Positions 8,852-18,537 of a stretch of DNA of 64,000 nt are shown here, one piece after another (positions within the stretch are counted from its first letter, which is position 1; each line of letters opens with the position of its first letter). The notes beneath the pieces were generated by a model, which was not told the DNA's origin, searched no databases, and saw only the letters and a list, made by a program, of their open reading frames with translations. The stretch covers positions 1-64,000 of IMG/VR virus record IMGVR_UViG_3300047678_000169; one strand, written 5' to 3'. The DNA comes from a virus. Both the position numbers and the translations under genes were made by a program.

Positions 8852-9970
8852 TTAAACAGCAGAGCCGGACGCTGGCGATTCAATCTTTATCACCGCTACT
8901 GGATTCACATCAGTTGGTAGTCGTCCGACTTCCATGAGAGTTGTTTTAATAACATTTTCAATGGCCTTATCTGTGACCTCTGTGATACTTCCATCAGCAT
9001 TTTTAACGTATTTTGTATTCCACGCTTTAACGTTGTTTTTGATTGTTGTGCTTCCTTTTTCAATGTCATCTTGAATTGCACTAACCAAATTTTTGTTTGT
9101 TTTGCTCAATAGATTGTGCTTATAGGCGAACACAGCTGCGGCTATCAATACCACAACCAAGATAGCAACTGCTATCATCCAACCTTCGATGAATGGAATT
9201 GCTACTACAGCAAGACCAAGAACCGAACCAATGATGATGAACAATTGTTTTCCCACAGGGGAATATACAGCTCCAGCTATACACAACAGAGCTCCAATAC
9301 CACATGCCCACATCAACTTTGTTTTTAGACGTTCGATGGCTGCTTGTTTATCAGCTCTTTCTTTTTCCAATGCAATGATTCGATTGTTGACACCATTCAA
9401 CTCATCTTGTTTTTCATCCACTTTCTTTCTCCAAGCTGCATCTTTTGCAGCGAAATCTTTTACCATTTGGTCGATGACGGCCTGTTGCTTAACCTTTTCT
9501 TCAGCGATTTTTGTATTTTCTGCCTTCATGGCGTCGCTGTTAGCTTTCAATTGTTCTAAGCTGGTTTTTGTTTCATCAAGTTCAGCTTGTAATCTTTCAT
9601 TTTCTCTTTGAATAGCTTCATAAGTTGGTGCTTTACCAATTGCGGATTGAGCTTCCAATACTCTATTGTGAATGATGAGGTCAAGACGAACTGGCTTTGT
9701 ATAAAAGCTAAATCCTCTGTCTGCTCCATATAAGCTGTTGGCTGCTGCTTGAAGTTGGTTGTCTTGAGCTTTTATTACCACATCCTTTTGATTAGATATG
9801 TCATTAACTGATTTAACAACTTCTTCTTGATGTTGTTTTTTCAGTTCAGCTATTTGCTGCTCTACCTTTGATTTTGATTCATAAGGAATTGATACACATC
9901 CCTTGAAATTGAATCCCATAGTGAAGAACATCATCACCATCAATAAAATTTGAATATAACCTTTTTTCAT
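8852..9970 (-). CDS. putative lipoprotein with long coiled coil and C-terminal TM helices (spanin-like)
   Basis: Signal peptide ending FKGC, about 190-aa coiled coil, then 2-3 hydrophobic helices. Confidence 0.55.
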   Translation of the reverse strand: MKKGYIQILLMVMMFFTMGFNFKGCVSIPYESKSKVEQQIAELKKQHQEEVVKSVNDISNQKDVVIKAQDNQLQAAANSLYGADRGFSFYTKPVRLDLIIHNRVLEAQSAIGKAPTYEAIQRENERLQAELDETKTSLEQLKANSDAMKAENTKIAEEKVKQQAVIDQMVKDFAAKDAAWRKKVDEKQDELNGVNNRIIALEKERADKQAAIERLKTKLMWACGIGALLCIAGAVYSPVGKQLFIIIGSVLGLAVVAIPFIEGWMIAVAILVVVLIAAAVFAYKHNLLSKTNKNLVSAIQDDIEKGSTTIKNNVKAWNTKYVKNADGSITEVTDKAIENVIKTTLMEVGRLPTDVNPVAVIKIESPASGSAV

Positions 9971-9975
9971 AATGT

Positions 9976-10512
9976 TTACCTCTTTTGAAGAGAAATTGCT
10001 GCTATTTGGCCGATAAATTGATTCACTGGGTCAGCTATGGTCTTGTCAAACTGTTCTGGAGATTCACCACGGCGTTGCATAAGTCTATCTAATTTTGAAT
10101 CTACCATCTTTGGAGTGGCTGAAACTGCTGCTGGAGCGTCTGTGAATGGGAGAGTCTTCTTTAGAGCTACATGGTTTGGCATCTCAGCTCCGGTGTTTTG
10201 ATGAATGATAACTCCATCTTGTTTTACATCTTCCGGGGCTGGTTGCTTTGGAAGGGTCTTCTTACTGTAATCTCCGTGGTTGCCCTTTTCATTTTTCACA
10301 ACATTACCAACAGAACCAATGGTCGTTGCTTCCTCTTGTCCACAACAGCTATCATCTTCGTCAGCAACCAATCCTGCATTAAGCATGGAAGTATAATAGT
10401 TAGGGTCTTCTCCAATATGAGCACTAGCTATTTTGGCTGCAAGAGCGTGGTCTTGAGTGTGAACTTCTTCTAATTCAATACCAATCTTAAATTCTTTTTC
10501 TTGTTTGTTCAT
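9976..10512 (-). CDS. DUF5661-like domain protein
   Basis: FKIGIELEEVHT.DHALAAKIASAHIGEDPNYYT matches the G..(V)E.EH...A..IA.DHL.E.P.YY pattern. Confidence 0.55.
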   Translation of the reverse strand: MNKQEKEFKIGIELEEVHTQDHALAAKIASAHIGEDPNYYTSMLNAGLVADEDDSCCGQEEATTIGSVGNVVKNEKGNHGDYSKKTLPKQPAPEDVKQDGVIIHQNTGAEMPNHVALKKTLPFTDAPAAVSATPKMVDSKLDRLMQRRGESPEQFDKTIADPVNQFIGQIAAISLQKR

Positions 10513-10514
10513 GA

Positions 10515-11498
10515 TTATTTCTGGCTATCAAAATACTGGTGTAGGTCGGAGTAGTATTTTGGTTGGGTTGTGAGATTTTTGATAACGACTTTTCTAGCCG
10601 CTTCTTTGTCAGGAAAATCCATCTTCGGCATTTCATACCTCAAACCAGCTCTTATTTCATCTGGTGAGAATCTTGGGTCTTGTAAATCTTCATCATTGAT
10701 TGTGTCATATGGGTCGATTCCTTGAATAAGATTGGCAGAACCTGGCTTGTCTCTATAATTGCTTTTGGTACCGTAGTTAGCCAATCTGTGAATGGACTGT
10801 GGGGAGGATGGAGTTGCTGACCACCCAGTAGCGGCTATGGAACCGCCTGCAGCTCCTCCATATCCTCCACCAGCTCCATATTCAGTTACGGATTTCTCCG
10901 GAACCTTCATTGGAATTGATTCTTTCTGCCTTGTTTCATTACTATACAAGAAAGTCTTGAAAGCAAATTTCATTCCTACGAATCTGTTGTCGTTGGTGAA
11001 TTCGGCTCCAGCTCCTTTCTTCAGATAACAAAGAGTGACATGAGGCTTGTAGCTTGGATAATCGTTATGATACTCAACAGTATCTCTTAAAAATTTATTG
11101 ATACGGGTCAAATATGGACTAGCTACGTCAATTTTGAGAACATCAAATTCAGGAGTTTCAAACTTGGTGATGGCTCCCAATGTGGCGGTAATTTGGCCAG
11201 GAATCTTTCTCAACAATGCCTTTGCTTTTTCTTCTTCCATTGTATCGATACCATACAACACCGTTACGTGAGGGTGTTTGGTTTTTCCATATTCAGGATT
11301 TGTTGGTTCGTAAATAATCTCTTCTGGTATCGAAGCGATGTAATCCATCAACTGTTTGAATCTTGGAATTTCGACCATGACGGTGTGAACATCTTCCATT
11401 TCTAGTAAGAGGTCTGAAAAATATTCAATATAAACGGAATTATCCACGGAGAACTTGTTTTTGAGGTTTTGAAATAGCTTCACTTCTGTCTCCAACAC
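10515..11498 (-). CDS. acb1: 2H phosphoesterase (T4 gp57B/Acb1-like) fused to a DUF5661-like C-terminal domain
   Basis: Two HxT motifs (PHVTVLYG, YKPHVTLCY) and DVLKIDV. True start probably ATG near 11399 (MEDVHT). Confidence 0.65.
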   Translation of the reverse strand: MLETEVKLFQNLKNKFSVDNSVYIEYFSDLLLEMEDVHTVMVEIPRFKQLMDYIASIPEEIIYEPTNPEYGKTKHPHVTVLYGIDTMEEEKAKALLRKIPGQITATLGAITKFETPEFDVLKIDVASPYLTRINKFLRDTVEYHNDYPSYKPHVTLCYLKKGAGAEFTNDNRFVGMKFAFKTFLYSNETRQKESIPMKVPEKSVTEYGAGGGYGGAAGGSIAATGWSATPSSPQSIHRLANYGTKSNYRDKPGSANLIQGIDPYDTINDEDLQDPRFSPDEIRAGLRYEMPKMDFPDKEAARKVVIKNLTTQPKYYSDLHQYFDSQK

Positions 11499-11664
11499 GA
11501 CCCTTAATCATTTGAAGAGCAACTCTTGGGTCCATGTTTCCACAATTGACACCAAGAATTCCATGACGAGTGCAATACTCTTCGAGGTCTTTTTGAGCAC
11601 CATCATCACGCCTAACTTCTGGCGCAACGTTTTTCATGAGAGCTTTAATCGGGTCGAATTGCAT
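11440..11664 (-). CDS. hypothetical protein
   Basis: ORF preceded by TATTTATA (11668-11675). Confidence 0.6.
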   Translation of the reverse strand: MQFDPIKALMKNVAPEVRRDDGAQKDLEEYCTRHGILGVNCGNMDPRVALQMIKGRVGDRSEAISKPQKQVLRG

Positions 11665-11681
11665 TGCTATAAATATGTAAA

Positions 11682-12152
11682 TTAGTAACTTCCCAATCCA
11701 AGATACTTCTTTTGTTCTGGCGTAAGTTGACTTTTTATAAACTCCTTAACGATTCGGCCTGACATAGCATTTGCCTCGTCTTCAATGTCTCCGCCAATTT
11801 CTGGAACCGGCTTATCGACTCTACCCTCATAATCTTGTTTTTGGTGAGTCATTTCGTGAGCGATGGTTCGGGCATAATCTATCAGATGTCTATTTTCCAC
11901 TATTACGCTGATGACATCGTTGCTCGGTTGGTATGCTCCTGTTGTGATTGGCTCATTTGGAGAGGCATGTAGAAGCCTAATGATTATCGGTTTATCGTCT
12001 ATACCTAATTTATTTGCTGCGAATGTTACAAATTGAACCAACAACTTTAAAGTTTCAGCTTCAACCTGTGGTAATTCTTTGGTCTTAAATAAACGAATGT
12101 TGAGTTGGGACTTTGACATATATACTTCTTGCCTATAAATATAAGTTGACAT
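11682..12152 (-). CDS. HExxH zincin-like metalloprotein
   Basis: RTIAHEMTHQKQ...EDEANA. Probable start 12119, after TATTTATA. Confidence 0.65.
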   Translation of the reverse strand: MSTYIYRQEVYMSKSQLNIRLFKTKELPQVEAETLKLLVQFVTFAANKLGIDDKPIIIRLLHASPNEPITTGAYQPSNDVISVIVENRHLIDYARTIAHEMTHQKQDYEGRVDKPVPEIGGDIEDEANAMSGRIVKEFIKSQLTPEQKKYLGLGSY

Positions 12153-12183
12153 CGGTAATGTGGTCGTTTAATCTTCGTCACGT

Positions 12184-13191
12184 ATGGAAAAATACTACTC
12201 TTATCAAGAAGTCTTTCTTGAACCAAAGTTTTCAGAATATCGTTCACGCAGTGAAGTTGACACTTCAGTAAAAATAGGAGGGAAGGTATTTAAGCTGCCG
12301 ATTATTCCAGCCAACATGAAATGTGTCATGGACGTTGATAGGGCAAGATGGATGAGTGAAAATGATTATTTCTACATCATGCATCGATTTGGTAAGAAAA
12401 ATTCTTTGACCCACGAACAGGTAGATTTGGATAACAAAGAATTCGTTGCCATAGCTAATTTAGAAAAATGGAAAACTATTAGCATCAGTTTGGGAGTTAT
12501 TGAAAGAGACAGAGATTTTCTAAATTTCTGTGCAGCGAGGGAATTAAGAATTGATTTCATAACTCTGGACATCGCTCATGGTCATTCAGTTGCTATGAGA
12601 GATATGTTGAAATTCGTTCGTAGTCACAGATACTATAAGAATGTTGTGGTGATAGCCGGAAACATTGCTTCTGCTCAAGCGGCCAAGGATTTGGCTAGTT
12701 GGGGTGCTAGTATCATTAAGGTTGGTATTGCTCAAGGTGGAGCGTGCACGACATTTGGAAAAACTGGCTTCGGTTCGCCGATGTTTAGCATTGTAAAAAA
12801 ATGTGCCAGCGCTTCGTGGATTCCAATCATTGCAGATGGTGGAATCAGAACCAATGGAGATATAGCTAAAGCTTTGTCGGCGGGAGCTCAGTTAGTTATG
12901 GCTGGAGGATTGTTCGCCGCTACAAAGGATAGTCCGGCCGTCACCGTTTATAAACCATATGACGGTATTGGAAGACACGAATCCATTGCAACTCATAAAA
13001 TTTATTACGGTTCTGCGTCTGAGGATAACACTCACAGCACCCACCACATCGAAGGAACTAGAATCAATCTTCCTATTGATAGATGGACTTATGCTGAAAA
13101 ATTGATTGAAATCCAAGAAGACCTACAGAGTTCGATTTCGTATGCAGGCGGAGATTTAACCACGGCTGTTTGGGGAGTCAGAACAGCTTAA
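12184..13191 (+). CDS. guaC: GMP reductase
   Basis: PANM, MHRF, TLDIAHGHS, VIAGN, KVGIAQGGACTT, IIADGG, YYGSAS, LQSSISYAGG; TTGACA-17-TAATCT promoter upstream. Confidence 0.92.
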   Translation: MEKYYSYQEVFLEPKFSEYRSRSEVDTSVKIGGKVFKLPIIPANMKCVMDVDRARWMSENDYFYIMHRFGKKNSLTHEQVDLDNKEFVAIANLEKWKTISISLGVIERDRDFLNFCAARELRIDFITLDIAHGHSVAMRDMLKFVRSHRYYKNVVVIAGNIASAQAAKDLASWGASIIKVGIAQGGACTTFGKTGFGSPMFSIVKKCASASWIPIIADGGIRTNGDIAKALSAGAQLVMAGGLFAATKDSPAVTVYKPYDGIGRHESIATHKIYYGSASEDNTHSTHHIEGTRINLPIDRWTYAEKLIEIQEDLQSSISYAGGDLTTAVWGVRTA

Positions 13192-13825
13192 CGGAATATT
13201 TTCCGTCATTGAGCGACCAAACGATAGACTGCTTTGGTTCTAAACTCTTTACTTCTTCCCATTTAGCCAAATCTCCAGCCACAATTGGATATTTTCTAAT
13301 GACAATATTCTTGTCCCCATCGGCGCCGGTGACAATAGCTTCTTCGCCGGCCTCAACTACTGTGATTTTGAAGTTTAAGGAATTGGTTAGATTTAACTTT
13401 CCTTCGTAACACTTGATATAAGTAGAAGAGGTTCCGGTTTCGACTGAAAAAGCTGTGGAATGGACTTCTATTTCGGCCGCCGATGTTTTTATTAGAAACA
13501 CTGACATGTCATTTGGAAGAGACTTGAGCTTAAAATATCCAATTCCATCGAACAGTTCCATGTTCATATATGAAACATCAGAATTTTCTTGGTGCTCCAA
13601 AGCCTTTTTCTCAAAGTGTAATTCCGCCAGTTTAGTCAACCAAACTTCACTGTCATTTGAGAATAATACCCTAGCGTAGTCTGAGGAGGGTGATTGTAGG
13701 GTTATTGCTTTCTCAAACGTGGTCGTTTGGCCATCGTGATAGAATGACCCTACCAAAAATTTTGGTTTAGCCTGACCCAACAAAGCGGTCAGTAAGAAGA
13801 GACATAAAAATAACGTTTTTCTCAT
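13178..13825 (-). CDS. secreted FecR-domain protein
   Basis: Signal peptide; ARVLFSNDSEVWL, IKTSAAEIEVHSTAFSV, CYEGKL match the FecR beta-domain. Confidence 0.65.
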   Translation of the reverse strand: MRKTLFLCLFLLTALLGQAKPKFLVGSFYHDGQTTTFEKAITLQSPSSDYARVLFSNDSEVWLTKLAELHFEKKALEHQENSDVSYMNMELFDGIGYFKLKSLPNDMSVFLIKTSAAEIEVHSTAFSVETGTSSTYIKCYEGKLNLTNSLNFKITVVEAGEEAIVTGADGDKNIVIRKYPIVAGDLAKWEEVKSLEPKQSIVWSLNDGKYSVKLF

Positions 13826-13859
13826 ATCAATAAATAGAGAAAAACGGTTATATTAAGTA

Positions 13860-14039
13860 TCAATCTTCGGGCTTATCTTTCTTAGAAGGAGACTTGCTAC
13901 CGTGTCCATGCGACTTTCCAGATTTCTTCTTGTGATGATTCAGCTTTTCAAATTTCACTGTTTCAATTTCATCAAGAGCGTCCAGATTTTCTACATCGAC
14001 TCGATAATCGTCTTTGTATCTATTACCGTTTTTACTCAT
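13860..14039 (-). CDS. small basic protein (59 aa, MSKNGNRYKDDY...)
   Basis: Not in the track; fills the gap downstream of dUTPase. Confidence 0.5.
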   Translation of the reverse strand: MSKNGNRYKDDYRVDVENLDALDEIETVKFEKLNHHKKKSGKSHGHGSKSPSKKDKPED

Positions 14040-14056
14040 ACAGAAATAAATAGTGA

Positions 14057-14635
14057 TTAAACTTTCTTTTCGTCAGTTGAACCAAAGCCTCCACCACGAT
14101 TTTCTCCGGGTAAGTCATCAACTCTATGAAATTCTATGTCATGAGTTTGAACTGGGAGTAATTGAGCAATCTTATCTCCCTTTGAATACATTCTACGTAA
14201 ATCATAATTACCTACAATTTGTGTGAATGGTTCAATACCGACCAATTTTAGGTCTTCTGGCTGCCAAATGTATTTGAATCTTACCAACACCTGATTGTGA
14301 TACCCTCTGTCGATTAGTCCAATCGAATTGGCTAAAACAAAATTTGTCTTTGACGATATACTTGACCTTGGGCGAAGGTCTGTGTGAAAATTGGTGTAAT
14401 TATCAGAGTTGAAAGCGCTTTCAGTATATATAGGAGACTTTGTTTCTGGAACAAAATATAAATTGGTTTCGTATTCAACATAATCTATTCTCCCAACATG
14501 GCCGTCCGCCTTCGGATTTGCATACACAACTTTTGGTCCGGATGTTGCGGTTACGTCATAACCAGCATCGGTTTCGTTAGCTCTTGAAGGAATGATTATA
14601 TCCTTGGTGTTCTTTAAGTAATATTTTACTTTCAT
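14057..14635 (-). CDS. dut: dUTPase (trimeric)
   Basis: DAGYD, PRSS, GLIDRGY, KIAQL, RGGGFGST. Confidence 0.93.
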   Translation of the reverse strand: MKVKYYLKNTKDIIIPSRANETDAGYDVTATSGPKVVYANPKADGHVGRIDYVEYETNLYFVPETKSPIYTESAFNSDNYTNFHTDLRPRSSISSKTNFVLANSIGLIDRGYHNQVLVRFKYIWQPEDLKLVGIEPFTQIVGNYDLRRMYSKGDKIAQLLPVQTHDIEFHRVDDLPGENRGGGFGSTDEKKV

Positions 14636-14638
14636 AAA

Positions 14639-15349
14639 TTAGTCTTTTGATTTTTTGCAACTGAAATACCAGTTCCAGCTATCCAACAGTGAATCTGGTA
14701 GAAGCTCTTCGGAAGATTGTCTTGGTAAAGCCTGACACTTTAGCGGAGACATGCCAAGACCGTCCACAGGCCACCCGTGAACTTTGCAGAAATACACCCA
14801 ATTGTCAAAGTCAAACAATCCTCTGTAGATGAATCCATGACCCATTCTCCAATTTGGAACAGAAACGAAGAAGCCGGCTACATCTTTTGTAATTGAGCGA
14901 GCCTTATACAATACATCAGATGGATTAGCAATATGCTCCAAGAAGTCGTTGGCTATAACCAAATCATAGTCGGTGTCTAATCCGGTGGTATCAAATTGAT
15001 TCATGAGGTTCTTGACAAAAAACTTTCCCTTATATCCTCTCTTAGTATGCTCGTCACTTGCCGCTTGTTTATCAACGTAGGTATAAGTGAATGTGGGATT
15101 TGTCTCCAATATAACCTGACCGAGGCGGCCTGGACCAGACCCCAACTCAAGAATCTTAGAATAGCCTTCTTTCTTACAAACCTCACTGATGAGCTTAGCT
15201 TCATGTTTATATCTATTTTCCCAGACATCTTCCATGTCTCTGGTTTGTCCATTGCTCGCATCCCATTCTTGAGGAATTAAGATATGTTTATCACGAAATT
15301 CTCCGTAATTTTTAAGATTGTCTTCTTCTTTTGTTCGTATTAATGCCAT
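14639..15349 (-). CDS. class I SAM-dependent methyltransferase
   Basis: ILELGSGPG, YDLVIANDFLEHIANP, VSVPN. Confidence 0.85.
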   Translation of the reverse strand: MALIRTKEEDNLKNYGEFRDKHILIPQEWDASNGQTRDMEDVWENRYKHEAKLISEVCKKEGYSKILELGSGPGRLGQVILETNPTFTYTYVDKQAASDEHTKRGYKGKFFVKNLMNQFDTTGLDTDYDLVIANDFLEHIANPSDVLYKARSITKDVAGFFVSVPNWRMGHGFIYRGLFDFDNWVYFCKVHGWPVDGLGMSPLKCQALPRQSSEELLPDSLLDSWNWYFSCKKSKD

Positions 15350-15350
15350 G

Positions 15351-15602
15351 TTATTCTGTCCAGGTTGGTAAGTTTAAATCTGCGCAATCTTGGGATAGGT
15401 AGCCTATGACCCAATATTTGTTGTCATTTGTTTCAAGCATCAAATAATATTTCCATCTATTTTCTGCCCAAGTTTCGTGATAAGCTATCGATAGTCTTTC
15501 ATAGTATGGACTCGAAATATGATTTTTTACATATTCAATATTTTTCAAGTCTTCAACTGAATTGAAATCGTATTCTGTTTGTTGTCTGTCTAAAAATTTC
15601 AT
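15351..15602 (-). CDS. hypothetical protein
   Basis: ORF in operon. Confidence 0.55.
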   Translation of the reverse strand: MKFLDRQQTEYDFNSVEDLKNIEYVKNHISSPYYERLSIAYHETWAENRWKYYLMLETNDNKYWVIGYLSQDCADLNLPTWTE

Positions 15603-16801
15603 ACCTTAATCATTGTGTGTGATATATCACGCACAGTTTTAGTTTTGAGTTTAAAAATTCCAAGTTCAAATTCAGAGTTGTCTTCGACTCCATCGTTCAA
15701 TATATCATTCAGCTTTGAGATAACTGAGGAGTTCTCATTAGCGTTTGCCATGAAATCTTTTTCACTGAAATATAAGAGAACGTCATTGTTAATGGATTCA
15801 ATTGCGCGGTGGTCAAATATTCGCATACCCAAATTCAAGTGAGTTGTTGGTTGTTCTCTCTTCTTATATGCTTCAGCTACATCATAATTGTCCACGTAAA
15901 TCATACATGCCCAGGGTTCGATAAAGTGTAAGAAATCGACCGATGTTACGTCTCGTATAACAAATCCAAGATTGAATGTCTTGTGGACAATAGGATGGTG
16001 ATTTTCATCGAACATCATCCAACGGTTCCATTTGCGAAGATAGTTTCTTCTCGCCCTGTTCTGATAGAAAGAAAACATATTATCATCTTTACCAATACCA
16101 TTTTTGGCCCAGCTTCGGTGCCCTCGACTAATCCAATGCCAACATAGAGAATCACGGCTTTGTATTAATTCATAACCAGCTAACGCAAAACGAAGAAATA
16201 GGTCAGCGTCTTCTTCTGGATAAGGAGCAAAGTGTAAAGCATCATGTCCACCAATGGCCAAGAAATCTTCCTTGCTAATCAGCCAAGGAGCAAAGATACC
16301 TCTGCTTGTAACATCCTTTGACTTGAGTTGTTCTTCATCTACAAATTTATCAAAATCTAATTGTTTAAATTCGTTGTATTCTTTACCAAACGGTTTCAAT
16401 ATCTTTTCCTTCCCAGGACCATAGATTCCTTCTGGCTCAATACGTGTAGCACAGACGACTTTCTTTGGAGCCCAGTGTTTGATTAGGTTCTCCAAATAGT
16501 TTTTTCCACATATCATGTCTGAGTGAAAAATAGTCACCAATGGGGTTGTAGCCAAATTTATTCCAATATCATATGTTATGGTATGGCCCATGATGTTTCC
16601 GCTATCATTCCTCCAACGACGAAGATTTGGGTCAGTATCATGTTTATCAGCAATCCATGTCCAACTTCCATCGGAACTACCATCATCGAGAATGACTATC
16701 TTTACGGATGGATAGTATTTTCTTAGGCTAGCATAGGCGAGCTTCGTATATTCAATGGTGTTATACGAAGGAATAATAACTGTTACATCTTCTGTGGTCA
16801 T
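15599..16801 (-). CDS. GT2 glycosyltransferase
   Basis: VIIPSYN, ILDDGSSDGS, HSDM, EEDADL. Confidence 0.9.
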   Translation of the reverse strand: MTTEDVTVIIPSYNTIEYTKLAYASLRKYYPSVKIVILDDGSSDGSWTWIADKHDTDPNLRRWRNDSGNIMGHTITYDIGINLATTPLVTIFHSDMICGKNYLENLIKHWAPKKVVCATRIEPEGIYGPGKEKILKPFGKEYNEFKQLDFDKFVDEEQLKSKDVTSRGIFAPWLISKEDFLAIGGHDALHFAPYPEEDADLFLRFALAGYELIQSRDSLCWHWISRGHRSWAKNGIGKDDNMFSFYQNRARRNYLRKWNRWMMFDENHHPIVHKTFNLGFVIRDVTSVDFLHFIEPWACMIYVDNYDVAEAYKKREQPTTHLNLGMRIFDHRAIESINNDVLLYFSEKDFMANANENSSVISKLNDILNDGVEDNSEFELGIFKLKTKTVRDISHTMIKV

Positions 16802-16995
16802 TTCTTTGGTGGATAAAATGCTAATTCTTGATTTGGTAATTGTGTATAACCTTTATCTAACATTTCTTGAATTCGTTCACCCGGTTTTCCACTGATTAGG
16901 CAATAAACGACTATTGAATCATTCATTAGGTCTATCATCTTTTGTCTTCTACCACACATGAGGAATATTGATGTATTCGATTTCGGTTTCTCCAT
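16798..16995 (-). CDS. hypothetical protein
   Basis: Short ORF filling an operon gap; start uncertain. Confidence 0.35.
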   Translation of the reverse strand: MEKPKSNTSIFLMCGRRQKMIDLMNDSIVVYCLISGKPGERIQEMLDKGYTQLPNQELAFYPPKK

Positions 16996-17392
16996 ACTTG
17001 TTCTTTGTAACTTTCATTTGAACATTGACGAGATACTTACTTTCTCTTTCTTTTGAGCGCTTCCAAAATTCTTGATAGTGTTTAACATCTTCTTGGAGGT
17101 CATATGGGTATCCAAGAATCTTTCTACGAAATGCCTTCATAATGATTCCACTCATGTCATCGGCATGTTCAATACCAATGGAGTTGAACCACTGTTTTAA
17201 TGGACTTCCTGACCACAAGCCCCATGAATTACGCATGTTCATACCTGTAGTGAAGTGAAACTGAGCCATGTCAGCAGTTTTGAGCTTTTCTCTATCCTCA
17301 TTGGTCAAACGAGCCTCAAGGTAAGCTATAGCCTCATCTAAATTCTTTGGTATATTATCAGTTAACATATTGAATTCCCGGTTTTTTAGCAT
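16949..17392 (-). CDS. DUF6794-like protein
   Basis: IPKNLDEAI, HFTTGMNMRNSWGLW, GIEHADDMSGII. Confidence 0.65.
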   Translation of the reverse strand: MLKNREFNMLTDNIPKNLDEAIAYLEARLTNEDREKLKTADMAQFHFTTGMNMRNSWGLWSGSPLKQWFNSIGIEHADDMSGIIMKAFRRKILGYPYDLQEDVKHYQEFWKRSKERESKYLVNVQMKVTKNKYGETEIEYINIPHVW

Positions 17393-17669
17393 ATCTGATT
17401 ATCGGTCTTGGGTCATTGAATACACCGTCTTCCTCTACCCAAGCTGGAATGAAAAATTCCCACACCACAATTTGATGTTTGTTGTTTTTAATAAAATTGA
17501 CGGCAGCTTCTTCATGTTGAAAAACATGAGCCCTACATACAGCTGGAAGACCATTTATCGTATCAATTTTCATAGTTTCCCAATTAACCCTAGTTGCAGG
17601 ATAGTTCGTGTATACGATTCCATCTATACCGTCTAACAAATGAAATAGCGTTCTCTTAGGGTGTTCCAT
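17358..17669 (-). CDS. hypothetical protein
   Basis: ORF in operon. Confidence 0.5.
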   Translation of the reverse strand: MEHPKRTLFHLLDGIDGIVYTNYPATRVNWETMKIDTINGLPAVCRAHVFQHEEAAVNFIKNNKHQIVVWEFFIPAWVEEDGVFNDPRPIIRYAKKPGIQYVN

Positions 17670-18537
17670 ATAGTTCTCTAAACCTCTGTTTGAGTGTTGG
17701 GGTTAGCTTCACAAAACCGACCTCATCTTCGGTAAACATTTCTCCCCATTTCTTCATCCACTTAGTATGATTGTCAGCCTCAGCTTTAACTTGCCTTGGG
17801 TGTCTAGTAGTTAGGTCGTCACCCCTAAAAATGCTTCCTCTGGCTCCGAAATGATAGACAACAGCTTGATTGGTTGTGGCGAATTCATAGCCCATGCACA
17901 TCATACGGATGGTAAGGTCGTGGTCTTCATACGAAGCAGGAGCGAACAGTGGGTCATTGCCGCCTGTTTTGAGAAAGTCTTCTGTCTTTCCGAAATAAGA
18001 TACTCCCTCCAGTTTTCTGTGCATGTGCGGTTCGTTTGCTACAACAAAGTCGCTTGACCAGTTTCTAAACTCCAGCCAGTCGAAGTTGTGGTGGAACTCT
18101 CCAAAAGCCTCCTTCGGAACCACAATTGTTCCAGGTCGAGACGTTTGATATGGCCCAAAAATGTTTGGTTCGATTCTTGTAGCACTAACGAAATATGGAA
18201 CGCCGTGATTGAGAAGGCACGTTTGATAACATTCAATTAACGCCTTGTCGTAGTTCCTACCAATATACATGTCTGAATGTATCAGATTGAAATATTCCGT
18301 CCTAACTTGCTTTATCGCTTCATTGACTCCACCGCCAATTCCTTTTGGAACATCGTTGTATTCTATGAGAGAATGAATGTCAGACCTGCTCAACAACCAA
18401 TCGGCAGTTTCTTTGTCATTTTCGACATACACGATAATTGGAGCATTCTTGTTGAAAGCGTTTGAACGTATGGAATCGATTGCCAACTTTAGATAATCTA
18501 AGTTCCTGTGAGTGTTAATTATCCATGTATAATTCAT
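17656..18537 (-). CDS. GT2 glycosyltransferase (paralog of 15599-16801)
   Basis: HSDMY, SATRIEP, GGNDPLFAPASYEDHDL. Confidence 0.85.
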   Translation of the reverse strand: MNYTWIINTHRNLDYLKLAIDSIRSNAFNKNAPIIVYVENDKETADWLLSRSDIHSLIEYNDVPKGIGGGVNEAIKQVRTEYFNLIHSDMYIGRNYDKALIECYQTCLLNHGVPYFVSATRIEPNIFGPYQTSRPGTIVVPKEAFGEFHHNFDWLEFRNWSSDFVVANEPHMHRKLEGVSYFGKTEDFLKTGGNDPLFAPASYEDHDLTIRMMCMGYEFATTNQAVVYHFGARGSIFRGDDLTTRHPRQVKAEADNHTKWMKKWGEMFTEDEVGFVKLTPTLKQRFRELYGTP

